Shown piece by piece: positions 25,787 to 36,704 of a stretch of 64,000 bases of DNA; the stretch's first letter is position 1; every line of letters begins with the position of its first letter. A program made the position numbers and the translations under genes. Location of the stretch: contig NW_014569538.1 of assembly GCF_000743755.1 (NCBI RefSeq), positions 1-64,000 on the forward strand, read 5' to 3'. Under the pieces are notes generated by a model. The model did no database searches and was not told the DNA's origin. It worked only from the letters and a program-made list of their open reading frames with translations. This DNA comes from Blastocystis sp. subtype 4. Lineage: Eukaryota.

Positions 25787-26930
25787 CTAGATCGAAAGAT
25801 AGGATGACTCGATTCTTTGTTCAGTCACAGTCGTGTGAACAGAATTCTACAATCATAAGCAATTCAACTCCAATTTACAGGATCCAGGTTTTCCAACTCA
25901 CGTCTTAAAGCATTCAAGTCTCCCTGAATCTCAATTTCTTCGTTCTATTCGTCATGAATATAGATTTTGACATACTTTTAGCGATTGCAACTTTCTCTTC
26001 AAGAGTTGCTCGACTTGCATTAAAACGATCTGCTGCTGTTTCTTCTCCAGTGCTCGACTCGATTCTTCCATTCTGTTTCAAACAAAAACAAAACTATACA
26101 TTCTTCATCGCAACTCCCATTTGAACAAGGTCTGGAAGGGAATAGAAAGAAAGTTCGTTCTCTGTGATTCCAAAATGCTCAATGATGGAGTTCTTCTTTG
26201 CTTCTGGCTTTACCTTACTCAACACATCATCCCTCTCTTCCTCATGGAGGTGATTCTCCTCGATAAACGACTTCTACATATCGACTCAAATCCATTTCAT
26301 TACTATGGCATCTCCACTATCAAGACTAACTAGTAAAACGAACGAACAATCCGCCTTTGCACTAAACAAATTCAATGCTTCTTTTAGATTCTTGGTTCTA
26401 CGTCATATTCCCTTAAGACAGCTACGGTGACAAGGAGTAAATGATCTCTCGATTCATATCACCCGAAATAAACTTCTTTCCAGATTCTTCGCGGTTTATG
26501 ACTTTCATACAGGCAACCAGAAGATGATTGATACCATATACCTTACACTCAACAAACAAACATTTGATTACCATTTCCGCATCTATTGCAACAAATGAGA
26601 CTGAAGAATCGTTATTTGCTAAAGAATAGTCAACATTCTCCTCATGTCGTCTTAGAATGCTATAATACACTTTCCTGTATTGTAAAGAACTGGAATTACA
26701 TATACCGATTTGGAAAACCATCTAAAGACAACTCTCGAATCATGGAAAAGAAACAACTGATCCAAATAGTTGTACGAACGACTTAGATTATTGAAATACA
26801 GTATTCTATGGGATTTGGAATGAGACCATGAGACTATAGCCCAGAGGTACTATTAATTTATAAGACATCACACTTTATCCTTTCTGACTTTGTGATATAG
26901 TTTAATCAAGGTTGCAATGAAACTATCATG
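25787..26930 (-). CDS. Hypothetical protein with C-terminal coiled coil (5' end uncertain)
   Basis: Spliced MEESSRALEKKQQQ...LNALRRELENLDP...SSYLSI*; several GT-AG introns. Confidence 0.45.
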
Positions 26931-27002
26931 TTTAACGACAAAAACGGGGATGAACAATTTCTCGCAATCCCTTTATTGACCATAGCACGCTATTCATTTG
27001 GA

Positions 27003-28470
27003 ATGTATACTGCCTTACAACGTGGTGTTAACTTAGTTCAACGTGTTAGAACGAGGCATACGTTCATATCAAGACGTGGTCCTTTAGGGGGATTCCTATC
27101 CTCATCACTTATTCTCCCAATGCACTTACTGCGATGGTTTGCAACATACACTGCTACTGTAATAATGGTAAAGAATGATAACTGTGTAGATTGAGACTTC
27201 AGGTCGCAGAGGGGCCGGAATTCACTCTAGTGTTTATTTACAACTTGTTGGAAAGGACGGAGAGAGTGGTATTATGGAAATTGAACCTCCTAATGGGGTT
27301 TCGTTTTCTAGAGGGAGTTCGGTAGTAATTCCATTGAAAGTGAAACAAGACCTGGGCGAACTTACTCATATTCGTGTTGGACATACAAACATTGGAACTG
27401 GTTCTGGATGGCTCCTGCAAAATGTCGATATTGAAAATGAAAAGAAGATGAAGTGGACGTTCCCTTGTGGTCATTTCATTGATGGGCAGGATAACATCAT
27501 GTAAGGGTTCTATGAGCTGTTGATTGCTAGGGATCTAAAGATCACTCTACCAGCATACAAAGCTGGTGTTTCAGCAGATAAAGATCAGGGAAAGATCCTT
27601 GGCTTATTGTGTGGTGGCTATACTCTTCAATCACAGGATAAAGACATTTGTGAAGACAGTTTTACATATATTGACCGATACAAAGCTAAAGGTAACGCTT
27701 TTCACATGCTAGGAGTGGCAGATGGCGTTCACATCGAGGTAGGAATGGTGAGTAAGTGCCACTTAGAATGCGAACAGTAAAGAGTATGGCCGTCAACTTC
27801 TAAAAGGAAGCGAAAGGATGAGTATTCGTTTTAGAGTGTAATAACAAATAGTGGATGAGTTTGGAATTGTGGATCCAGTGGAGTGTGTAAAGTTGGTGAA
27901 GCATGATGTTGATGAAAACACCAAAGGTAGCTGTACCTTTGGATTACATATTCTCAATCGTTACAGTCACATTCTCCACACCTTGATTGTGGGTGATATT
28001 GGGTATGAATTGGGTCTGCTTTATTAGATAGAATTATGGTGATACGAGAAGGTAATATTTTCTATCGTTCAACAGAACAGCAACATTACTTTGGATGTCC
28101 ATATCAATTAAGTAGTCAAGGAGGAGACAAACCTGAGGAAGGAGTAATTCGATCCATTCATTTAGTTGCTGGGGATATTGTAGTTTGTGGGTCTGATGGG
28201 TACATTTAGGAGAGAATCATTATGAATAGAATTTTTGATAATTTGCATGATGATTTGCTCGTTTCTTATATCTGGGGATTCCGACATGTCCCACTTGATG
28301 TCATGTGCAAGTACTTGTGCGAAATGGCTCAAAAGGTTGCAGTTGATGAACAAGCTGACACTCCATGGTCACGCGTGGCTACACGAAATCTGGATTTGGT
28401 GTATCGTGGAGGAAAAATGGATGATTGTACTTTAGTTGTTGCTAAGGTTGTTGCAGAGAAGGCAAAGTGA
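27003..28470 (+). CDS. PTC7: PTC7-type PP2C phosphatase with an N-terminal PLAT/LH2 domain and an MRO presequence
   Basis: PLAT DLGELTHIRVGHTN...GWLLQNV...FPC; PTC7 CEDS, GVADGV, EQQHYFGCPYQL, GSDGIFDNL, GGKMDDCT. Confidence 0.85.
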
Positions 28471-28591
28471 GGGGCATATCTTTAGCGTGAGTGATTTGTA
28501 CTATGTCATTTCTAATGTTTGTTGGGAATCGAAATTGGGCTTCCCTTTTTTGGGTTATTCCGCATTTTGTTTCTCGCATTATCTGACGAGA

Positions 28592-31500
28592 ATGAGTTCG
28601 ATAACCGGTATTGACATCTTCAGTGAGGTCCGAAAGTATCGATCTAGTTCGGATGCAGTCAAAGCGGACAATTATGCTGTTCTGATATCCGTTGAAGAGT
28701 CGATTATGAAGAAGAAGGGTATAAAGCGTGAATCAATTACTCCTGTGAACTACTTCTTTGCAATCATGACGTTGCTCAATACAAGAACGACGAAATATCG
28801 CAGTGTATGATACCTTTCTTTTGTCTTTTATTCTAGTTGCTTTATTTGCTTCAAACAGTACTTCCCTCTGTTTCAACCACAGTGAAACGTTCAAAGAGTA
28901 CAGATACAATCAAAGTACTATTGCAATTGTCTGAAATCCATAAGAAGTCGCTGGAGGGATCTGCCATTCGTTCTTTGATCACTTCACTCACAATGATTCT
29001 CAGTTCCCTCGAAACAACCAAACGTGATTGGTCTGAAGAAAACGTTGTGAAGGCATTTGCTCTTCTCCTCGGCTATTGTGTTCATGATAGTGGAAAGATT
29101 CGTCACCATGTTCAAGACGAGCTTCTGAAACTGTTTGAAATTCATCATGAAGCTCATTTCCCTGAAACAACTCAGCAAGTCGTTACCTACCTATCTAAAC
29201 TCAATGAATCCTTTGCAAAAGATAATTCCAAAGCTATTTCCTATTTCCTGGCGTTAATCAGGAAAGTCTGTCAATACCTCGATTCTTCCTTCGATGAATC
29301 TCTGTTGAAGTTACTGTTGCAAGTAATATCGGAGTGAATTCTTAAGATTAGATCCGTCAGCACAAGATCGATTATATTGATACCAACTGTCTAAAGCCCA
29401 TCGAGTTGATTGTCACTCACTCCTCATCACTTGATTTATCGATTATCCGACAAACATTCGATCAGTTGGTGGAGTCGCCTGTAGACTCCTCCGCTACAGT
29501 TTCGGATCTTGCAGCATATGTTCACACCCTCACAACTACGACTCATCGTCTGATTGAGGAGAAGGATACGAATGTGGAGCACTCTGTGATCACTTTATGG
29601 AAGTGTTTCATCACTCTTATGAAGAGTGAGAAGCCTGAAATCTCTACAGAAATCGCTCCTTTGTTAGCAACGTTTATGACATCTCTGAAACCAGCTCTGT
29701 GTAAGTGGAGTGAGGACACAGTGAAAGCGTTGTTAGAACAATCCAAGTCCCTCTTAGTGAAGCCTCAGAAAAGTCAAGTTCTTAATGCTTGCCTTGTTAT
29801 GAGTGCTGTGATCCAAGCATGTGGTCCTGCAAAGCCAGAACAGCTTACTGAGATGGCTCAGGAGATAATGCGTACGTATGATCGGTTTAAAGGGTAAGTG
29901 AAGTGAGAATGAATCAACCATAGACCACACGAGCCATTATTAGGGCTACTGAATGATTGTTTGAGTGTCATGGAACTCCCAAAGTTCTTACAAGCTATTC
30001 GGATTGTTACTGTTGGTGTTCAGTGATTTATATTTATCATAGAGTGATCAACTGCCGAACGACCATTTCCGATTGATTGTGATTCTGTTAACAAGTCAGA
30101 TCAAGACGATGTCATGTTCGCTAGCATTCATGTTTGACACCTTCGTTCCTATTATGAAGGCATGTCAGAAGAAGATGATGGAAAGTACAGTAGAGGCTCA
30201 GAAGGGTTATTACTTACACTGTGTACATAAAACATGGGAGCTAATTACAACCTCGTTCTTGACCGCAACAGATCTGGTAACAGTACTTCCAAACTACAAG
30301 AAAATGATGATTCGAACACTGAATAACCTGGAGGATCGTGAATCTGGTTTAGCAATTGTCAAAGGAATTGTGAGTTTGATTCGTTTTACGCGAATGTGTT
30401 TAAATGAAGATGAAGAAGATTCGAAGATGATAGAAGATGATGAAGAAGAACAGCAAGAGAAAGGGAAGGATACACAATGGGATGAGATTGATGGAATACG
30501 ATTCAAGACTATGCATCGAAGTGAATGGTCAGGTCCTCTACGTGATCGTAGTACTGCAGAAGCTGTACTGGAACTATTGAAGTCAATGGCTGAAGTTGTT
30601 CTTCAAGCTACCCAGAAGTTGTATGATTCCTTCCATGGTGAGTATGGAGATGAGTTACCAAAGTATTCAGGTATTGGAAAGAAGGGAGATGTGAATACGG
30701 TTGCTTTGTTGCGTGACCATCTGGAAGCTGTTTGTAGTGTCGCTTCTTCTGAAGCCATCACTCGCTATTACACTCAACTCATCCAACAGCTGAATTCAGT
30801 ATTGAAGGAAGAGGAGTCGATTGAACGAACTCGCCAACAGATCCTTCTGGGAGGTGCTCTTAGTGCAGTCATTCCATTCCTGAATGATTCAGGTAAGCAT
30901 GAGAATATATTCTAATATCAAGATACGATGAGTGTGATGGAGTTGATCCAGGATCATACGGATGATGAGACGATTCCAGTACTTCAACGTCGTTATCTCT
31001 TCTGTGAACTTCAAGTGTATCTATATCATAGTTCACTCTTTGTTGAACGAGATCTGATAACTGAACTCTCATCATCTCTGCTTACAGATATCCTTACTGT
31101 GTCTGTCCAAACTCGAAAGTACCGAATGAAGTCTTTCTTGTATCTGTTGAAGGTTTTATCACCTCACAATCCAGAACATATCAGTATAATTGTCTCATCT
31201 CTCCCTCAATTGGTTCTATGTATCAAGGATAGCAATAAGAAGATTCGATCTATCTGTTTCGACATTATCATTGAACTCTCCTCCATTATGCAACAAGCTG
31301 ATTGCTCCATTACTCTGCCTGATGGATCTGTCACTGAAGCCTCATTAACTGAATTCATCAGTATATTGATCGGATGTCTTGCTGCCAATACAGCTCATAT
31401 GAAGAGTGCTTCACTAATGTGTATCAGTTCTGTGTTATATCATCATCGTGACAAGACAGAAATCAAACCGATTTTGATTCAGTTAACATCGCAAGTATCA

Positions 31501-32151
31501 GAAATGCTTACTGATAAGAGTCATGAATTAGCAAAATCATGTTTTGGCTTCCTTCGTACTGCAGTGAAGATTATGAATGAAGAAGACTTGCGTCAGCAGA
31601 TGCCAAGTCTTCTAGTGTCGATTCTCCCGTGGGTAACTAATTTGCACAATCGATTCCCTCTGCGTGTGAAGGCTATTGTGGAGTTACTTGTTCGCCGCTT
31701 GGGAAAGGAAGATGTTGAGAAGGCAATGCCGAAGGGAAAGGAGAAGATGCTTGAGAGTATTCTAAAGAATGAACGAATTCGTGAAAAGAAGGAAGAGATT
31801 GATGAGAATGTATCAGAGTTGGAGATTGGTGAAAGCGATGAGGAAGACGAAGAAGAAGATGGTGAGGAAGAGGAGGAAGAGGATGGTGAGGAGGAGAAAG
31901 ACGAAGAAGATAACGAGGAGGATAAGGAAGAAGACATTAAAAGTGATGATGGAGAGATTGAGATGGAAGAAGAAGAGCTCAATACACTTACGCAGAACAA
32001 TGAAGAAGTGATCGAAACAGGAGATCAAAAGGAAGATCTAACGGAATTATTGAAAGAAATTGCAGCAAATGAGAATCTTAAGAAAGCAGTGAAACGTCGA
32101 AAAGAATGGGAATATGGAAGTCTCTCGATTCCTCAAAAGAAAAGAAAATAA
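28592..32151 (+). CDS. RRP12: RRP12-like ribosome biogenesis HEAT protein
   Basis: AVLISVEESI...TPVNYFFAIMTLL; LPQLVLCIKDSNKKIR; GCLAANTAHMKSA; RVKAIVELLVRRLG; acidic tail. Confidence 0.85.
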
Positions 32152-32619
32152 TGTCCTTTGTTCTGTTTCATGAATACTCTATATATTTTGGCAAAGAAAT
32201 GTTAAGATCACTCTACAAATGCAGTGAGTAGTCAATACAATCGATTTCTATTCATTGAAATATAGGAAAAGAACCTATCTAGGTAGAATCAATTATTGTT
32301 TAAACTTGTAACCCGTGGGGAAATCCTATTGTGCAGTTCGTCAACATAAAATACTTCGTGTTGAAATAGCTCAATTAACTATCAAGAAAATTAGACGAAT
32401 CCTGAAGATTCGATGCCTGTTTTTCATTTCGTTGAAGAACTTCAAAACCAGACAGATGACATTATGGGCTCATATCTATTATATTTGAAATGCGTATATT
32501 CTTGAGACGTACGTATTTGTTTTGTTTGTTGAAACGAAAGATCCGTTCGTTATGAAACACGGGAATCTATTCAAATGTCACTTAAACACTATTGTCCCTC
32601 ATTTCATTTTTGTGAGGAT

Positions 32620-34357
32620 ATGTTGTCAACAAGAATTGTGCATAGTCTTACTGTGAATGTTGGGTAATGGTGTATAGAAGTAAATAACTCGTAGAAGACA
32701 AGTCTTGATGGGATGTGTTGCTCGTAACATTGAAACTACAGGAGCTGCTCTGGGTCTTGATAAGATGGGTCTGAATTGTCCTAAAGTTCACCGCAATTTG
32801 ACCTATGGTGAGGAATAGAGTGGAGAGTAATACATAGAGATTGCTCAACATGAGGAGAAGAATAAGGAGGGAGTGTTCACCAACACTGGAGCGTTCGAGG
32901 TAGATACAGGAATCTACACTGGTCGTTCTCCTCAGGATAAGTATTTCGTGGAGAGAGAGCCTAGCAAGAGCAACATTTGGTGGAGTCCGATTCCTCCCAA
33001 CAAGCCTGTTTCTGAGAAAGTGTTCAATGAGGTGTATGGTGATGTGAGAAAGTACATGGATGGAAAGGAGGTGTATGTGTTCGATGGATATTGTGGAGCC
33101 AACCCTAAGAGTCGGAAGTGTGTGCGTTTCATCACTGAGTATGCTTGGCAACATCACTTTGTGACGAATATGTTTGTGCGTCCTCAGTCTGCTGAGGAGC
33201 TGCGTAACTTCAAGCCAGACTTCACTGTGATCAACACTTGCAAGGGTCTGGTGAACAAGAACTGGAAGCGTCAGGGTCTGAACAGCGAGGCATTTGTTGG
33301 TTTCGATCTGGAGAATAAGGTGGCTCTGGTAGTGGGTGCCAAGTATGGTGGCGAGATGAAGAAGGGTATATTTGGTGTGATGAACTATGCTCTTCCTCTT
33401 CAGGGTATTCTGTCGATGCATTGTTCAGCAAATGTGGGTAAGGATGGAGACAGTGCTCTGTTCTTTGGTTTGTCTGGTACTGGAAAGACTACATTGTCTG
33501 CAGATCCTAAGCGATTCCTCATTGGTGATGATGAACATGGATGGGATGATGATGGTATTTTCAACTTCGAGGGTGGTTGTTATGCCAAGACGATCAATCT
33601 GTCGAAGGAGAAGGAGCCTGATATTTGGAATGCCATTAAGCGAGATGCTCTGTTGGAGAATGTGATGGTTCGTCCTGATGGTTCTCTTGACTTTGATGAT
33701 GTGAGCAAGACTCAGAATGGTCGTGTGGCTTATCCTATCTATCATATTCCCAACTACAAGAAGAACAGTATGGCAGGTCATCCTAAGGCCATCATCTTCC
33801 TGACATGTGATGCTTATGGTGTGTTGCCTCCTATCAGCAAGCTGACCACTGAGCAGGCCATGTATCACTTCCTCTGTGGATACACTGCTAAGGTCGCTGG
33901 TACTGAGCGTGGCATCAAGGAGCCTGTTCCCAACTTCTCGCCTTGTTTCGGAGGTGCTTTCATGCCTCTGAATCCCATTGTATATGCCAAGTTGCTGGGA
34001 GAGAAGCTGAATCGTCATGGTACCAAGGTGTATCTGTTGAACACTGGCTGGACTGGAGGTGGTTATGGAGTTGGCAAGCGTATGGATATCCCTGTCACAC
34101 GTGCTTGTATTGATGGTATTCTGAACGGATCCATTGAGAAGTCACCTCTGAAGCACAATGATCGATTCAATCTGGAGGTACCTACTCATGTGGAAGGTGT
34201 GGATGATAACCTGTTGTGGCCTCGTAACACATGGGCTGATAAGGAGGANTATGATCGTGTGGCTCTGAAACTGGCTGGAAAGTTCGTGGAACATTTCAAA
34301 CAGTTCCAGGTACCTGGACTTCCTGATTATTCTCCTTATGGTCCTCAGGTTAATTAA
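32620..34357 (+). CDS. pckA: Phosphoenolpyruvate carboxykinase (ATP) with N-terminal MRO presequence
   Basis: [23 protein letters not shown]-loop [27 protein letters not shown]; two 5' introns; one N at 34249. Confidence 0.97.
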
Positions 34358-34411
34358 AGTGATCCTTTATCTTATTCTTATCTGGTATGTTTGTTTTAGT
34401 TCCGATTTGGA

Positions 34412-36684
34412 ATGCGAAAAGAAGCCGGGATTATCATATCTGGAGTTGCAGCTACAGTTGCTCTGTCTGCTGTTTCCATATGGTGGTCAAAGAAGAATCG
34501 ATGGAGAAGAATCTTGGCTCCTTGTAATACGCATCAGTTCATCTACAACCGACCTGTAGAAATTTGTTTCATTTATTCATTTGTAGATTTTCTTAGTGCA
34601 TTCCTGTGAACAATTCGAAACTCTTGTGGAACAATATCATTTGTTAGATGAGAATATTATTGGTTTTGACGCAGAGTGGACTCATAATGTGGGGAGTTTA
34701 TATCGATGTTAATGTAGAATCCTCTCTCGATTGTCCAGTTGACTTTTAGAAATGTAAACATTATTATCCAGGTTGGACGGATGGATCATTTACCTCCTCC
34801 GTCTCTGAATGAGATGATGAAGAATCAAAAGTAGTGATAGAAAGGAACATTCATATCTAGTATCTTAAAGACGGGAGTGGGTATTCATGAAGATATTCGA
34901 AAGTTGCTGAAGTACATGATTGTCGATGAGGTGAATGGAGTTGTCGATATTGTGTAAGAATGAGCTCAAGTGTTCAAGATAGGGATGCAGCTCATTTGAT
35001 GGGACATACGGATTTGAAAACCAGTCTCCAGTATCTAACCGAAAAATATCTCAATGTCATCTTGAATAAAGGTTTCAAATCGTTGAATGGATTACGTGTA
35101 GATCCAGCAATTCGTTGTGGGAATTGGGATGAACCCAATCTCAACAAGGATCAAATCCATTATGCAGCTAGTGATAGTTACTACTCACGTGAAGTATTTG
35201 TATATTTCTATGAGCTATACCGAAAACAAACCCAAGATGCTCTTCCTGTTTTAGAATGGGTCTTAGTGAATGAAATTGAAGTATTTTAGAAGATAGAAGT
35301 GTTATGAATAGAAATCCATTTCAGATTATGATAATGCCGGAAAGGTACGTGTGATTGTAAAAGATGCAAATGGAACTCATTATGATGACGTTAATATGAG
35401 TGAAATCAATGGAATCAAGACGGGCGGCTATTCCAAACGGAAGCGCCCAGTCTATGAGGACTGTCGTTTGTTATCTCCAGATGGGCAGTTGTTGTGCCGT
35501 ATCAACAAAAAGAAGCTCGATTGGTATGTTCATCGAGGTCTGGGTAGTAACAAGTTTATTTATCTCTTCATTGAATAGCTGTTGTTTCTGAGAATCCTTA
35601 TACAGTAATGTTGCGATTTGAACCGAAATGTTGGTATGTTGAAGATATATGACATCTAGCCAGAACACCGAAGAATTCAATCAAATTGGCTGCTACTGAT
35701 AACATCTGTGTTGTATGTGGTAAAAGTACTGACTATGTTTGCCATTCCATTCTTCCTCACAAATATCGTAAATATCTTCCAGAAGCCTGGAAGAGTCATA
35801 ATAATCATGATAATGTGATCCTATGTGTAGGTTCTCTAATAAGAGGTTGATTAGCTAGATTCCTTGTTCGATTCGTTGTAATAAGTACGATGATATTTAC
35901 AGCCGTCGGATTCTGAATACTCATGGTTTCACTCATAACAGTATGCCTATTATTGTTAATCGAGAAGTCATTTCCGCAAGAAAAACCGCGGGAATTCTGT
36001 TACGAATAGCAAATGGTGAAATTCATCCTCCGAACGAACGTAAAGTAAGGATCATGAATGAGACTGAGTAGTAGTTGGAATTGGAAAGAGAATTACTCCG
36101 TTTTCTGAAGAAGTATAATTGCGAGCTATGGATGTTAAATGAATCAGAACATGATTCTCCTAAGAAGAATGATAATGCTACATATGAAATTCTCTCAGAA
36201 GATGAATTCATTAAACGAGAAACAAATCCTAGTGATAGTGATAGTGAAGACAATTTTGAACTGTCGTATGATGAAGATAAGCAAGTTGAATTGGTTCCAA
36301 AGAATCCATTTGCTGATTTCGTCTTGAATGAGGAACCTGGTGTTTATAACTTCGATAATGAATTATTACAGAAAGGTAAGGTGGGTTATTATGTTTGAAA
36401 TGAAGTGACTCACTTGAATGCTTATTCCATTGATCCGGAGTATGTAGCACCTGAAGAGTTGGTGATGAGAAAGATTCTTTCGAGTAAGAATCCATCCATA
36501 TCCTTCTATCTATGAAACAAGACTAGATTCCTTAATGGTCAGGAAGCTGCTTCTGAATTCGTCATTGGATGGAGAAAGAATTTCGTGGAGGTAAGACAAT
36601 GAAAGTCCTTATAATCAATAGACAATGCGTCCAAAGTATATGAAGAAGGGGTGGAATATCGAGGAACGATTTACAGATGAATGA
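34412..36684 (+). CDS. EXD2: EXD2-like 3'-5' exonuclease (TM, DEDDy domain, HNH-like domain)
   Basis: IGFDAEW; NWDEPNLNKDQIHYAASD; RKRPVYEDCRLLSPDGQLLC; NICVVCG...KSHNNHD; contains a U12-type intron at 36498-36542. Confidence 0.9.
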
Positions 36685-36704
36685 CTTGTTTGAAACAAAC
36701 ACAC

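Noticed and set aside
26808..26846. ATG GGA TTT GGA ATG AGA CCA TGA GAC as a possible selenoprotein start with in-frame UGA
   Set aside because: No recognisable selenoprotein motif or SECIS; the region is better explained as part of the minus-strand gene or the PTC7 promoter
32648..34018. Long minus-strand ORFs (257 aa, 197 aa) opposite PEPCK
   Set aside because: Antisense shadows of a codon-biased, highly conserved gene
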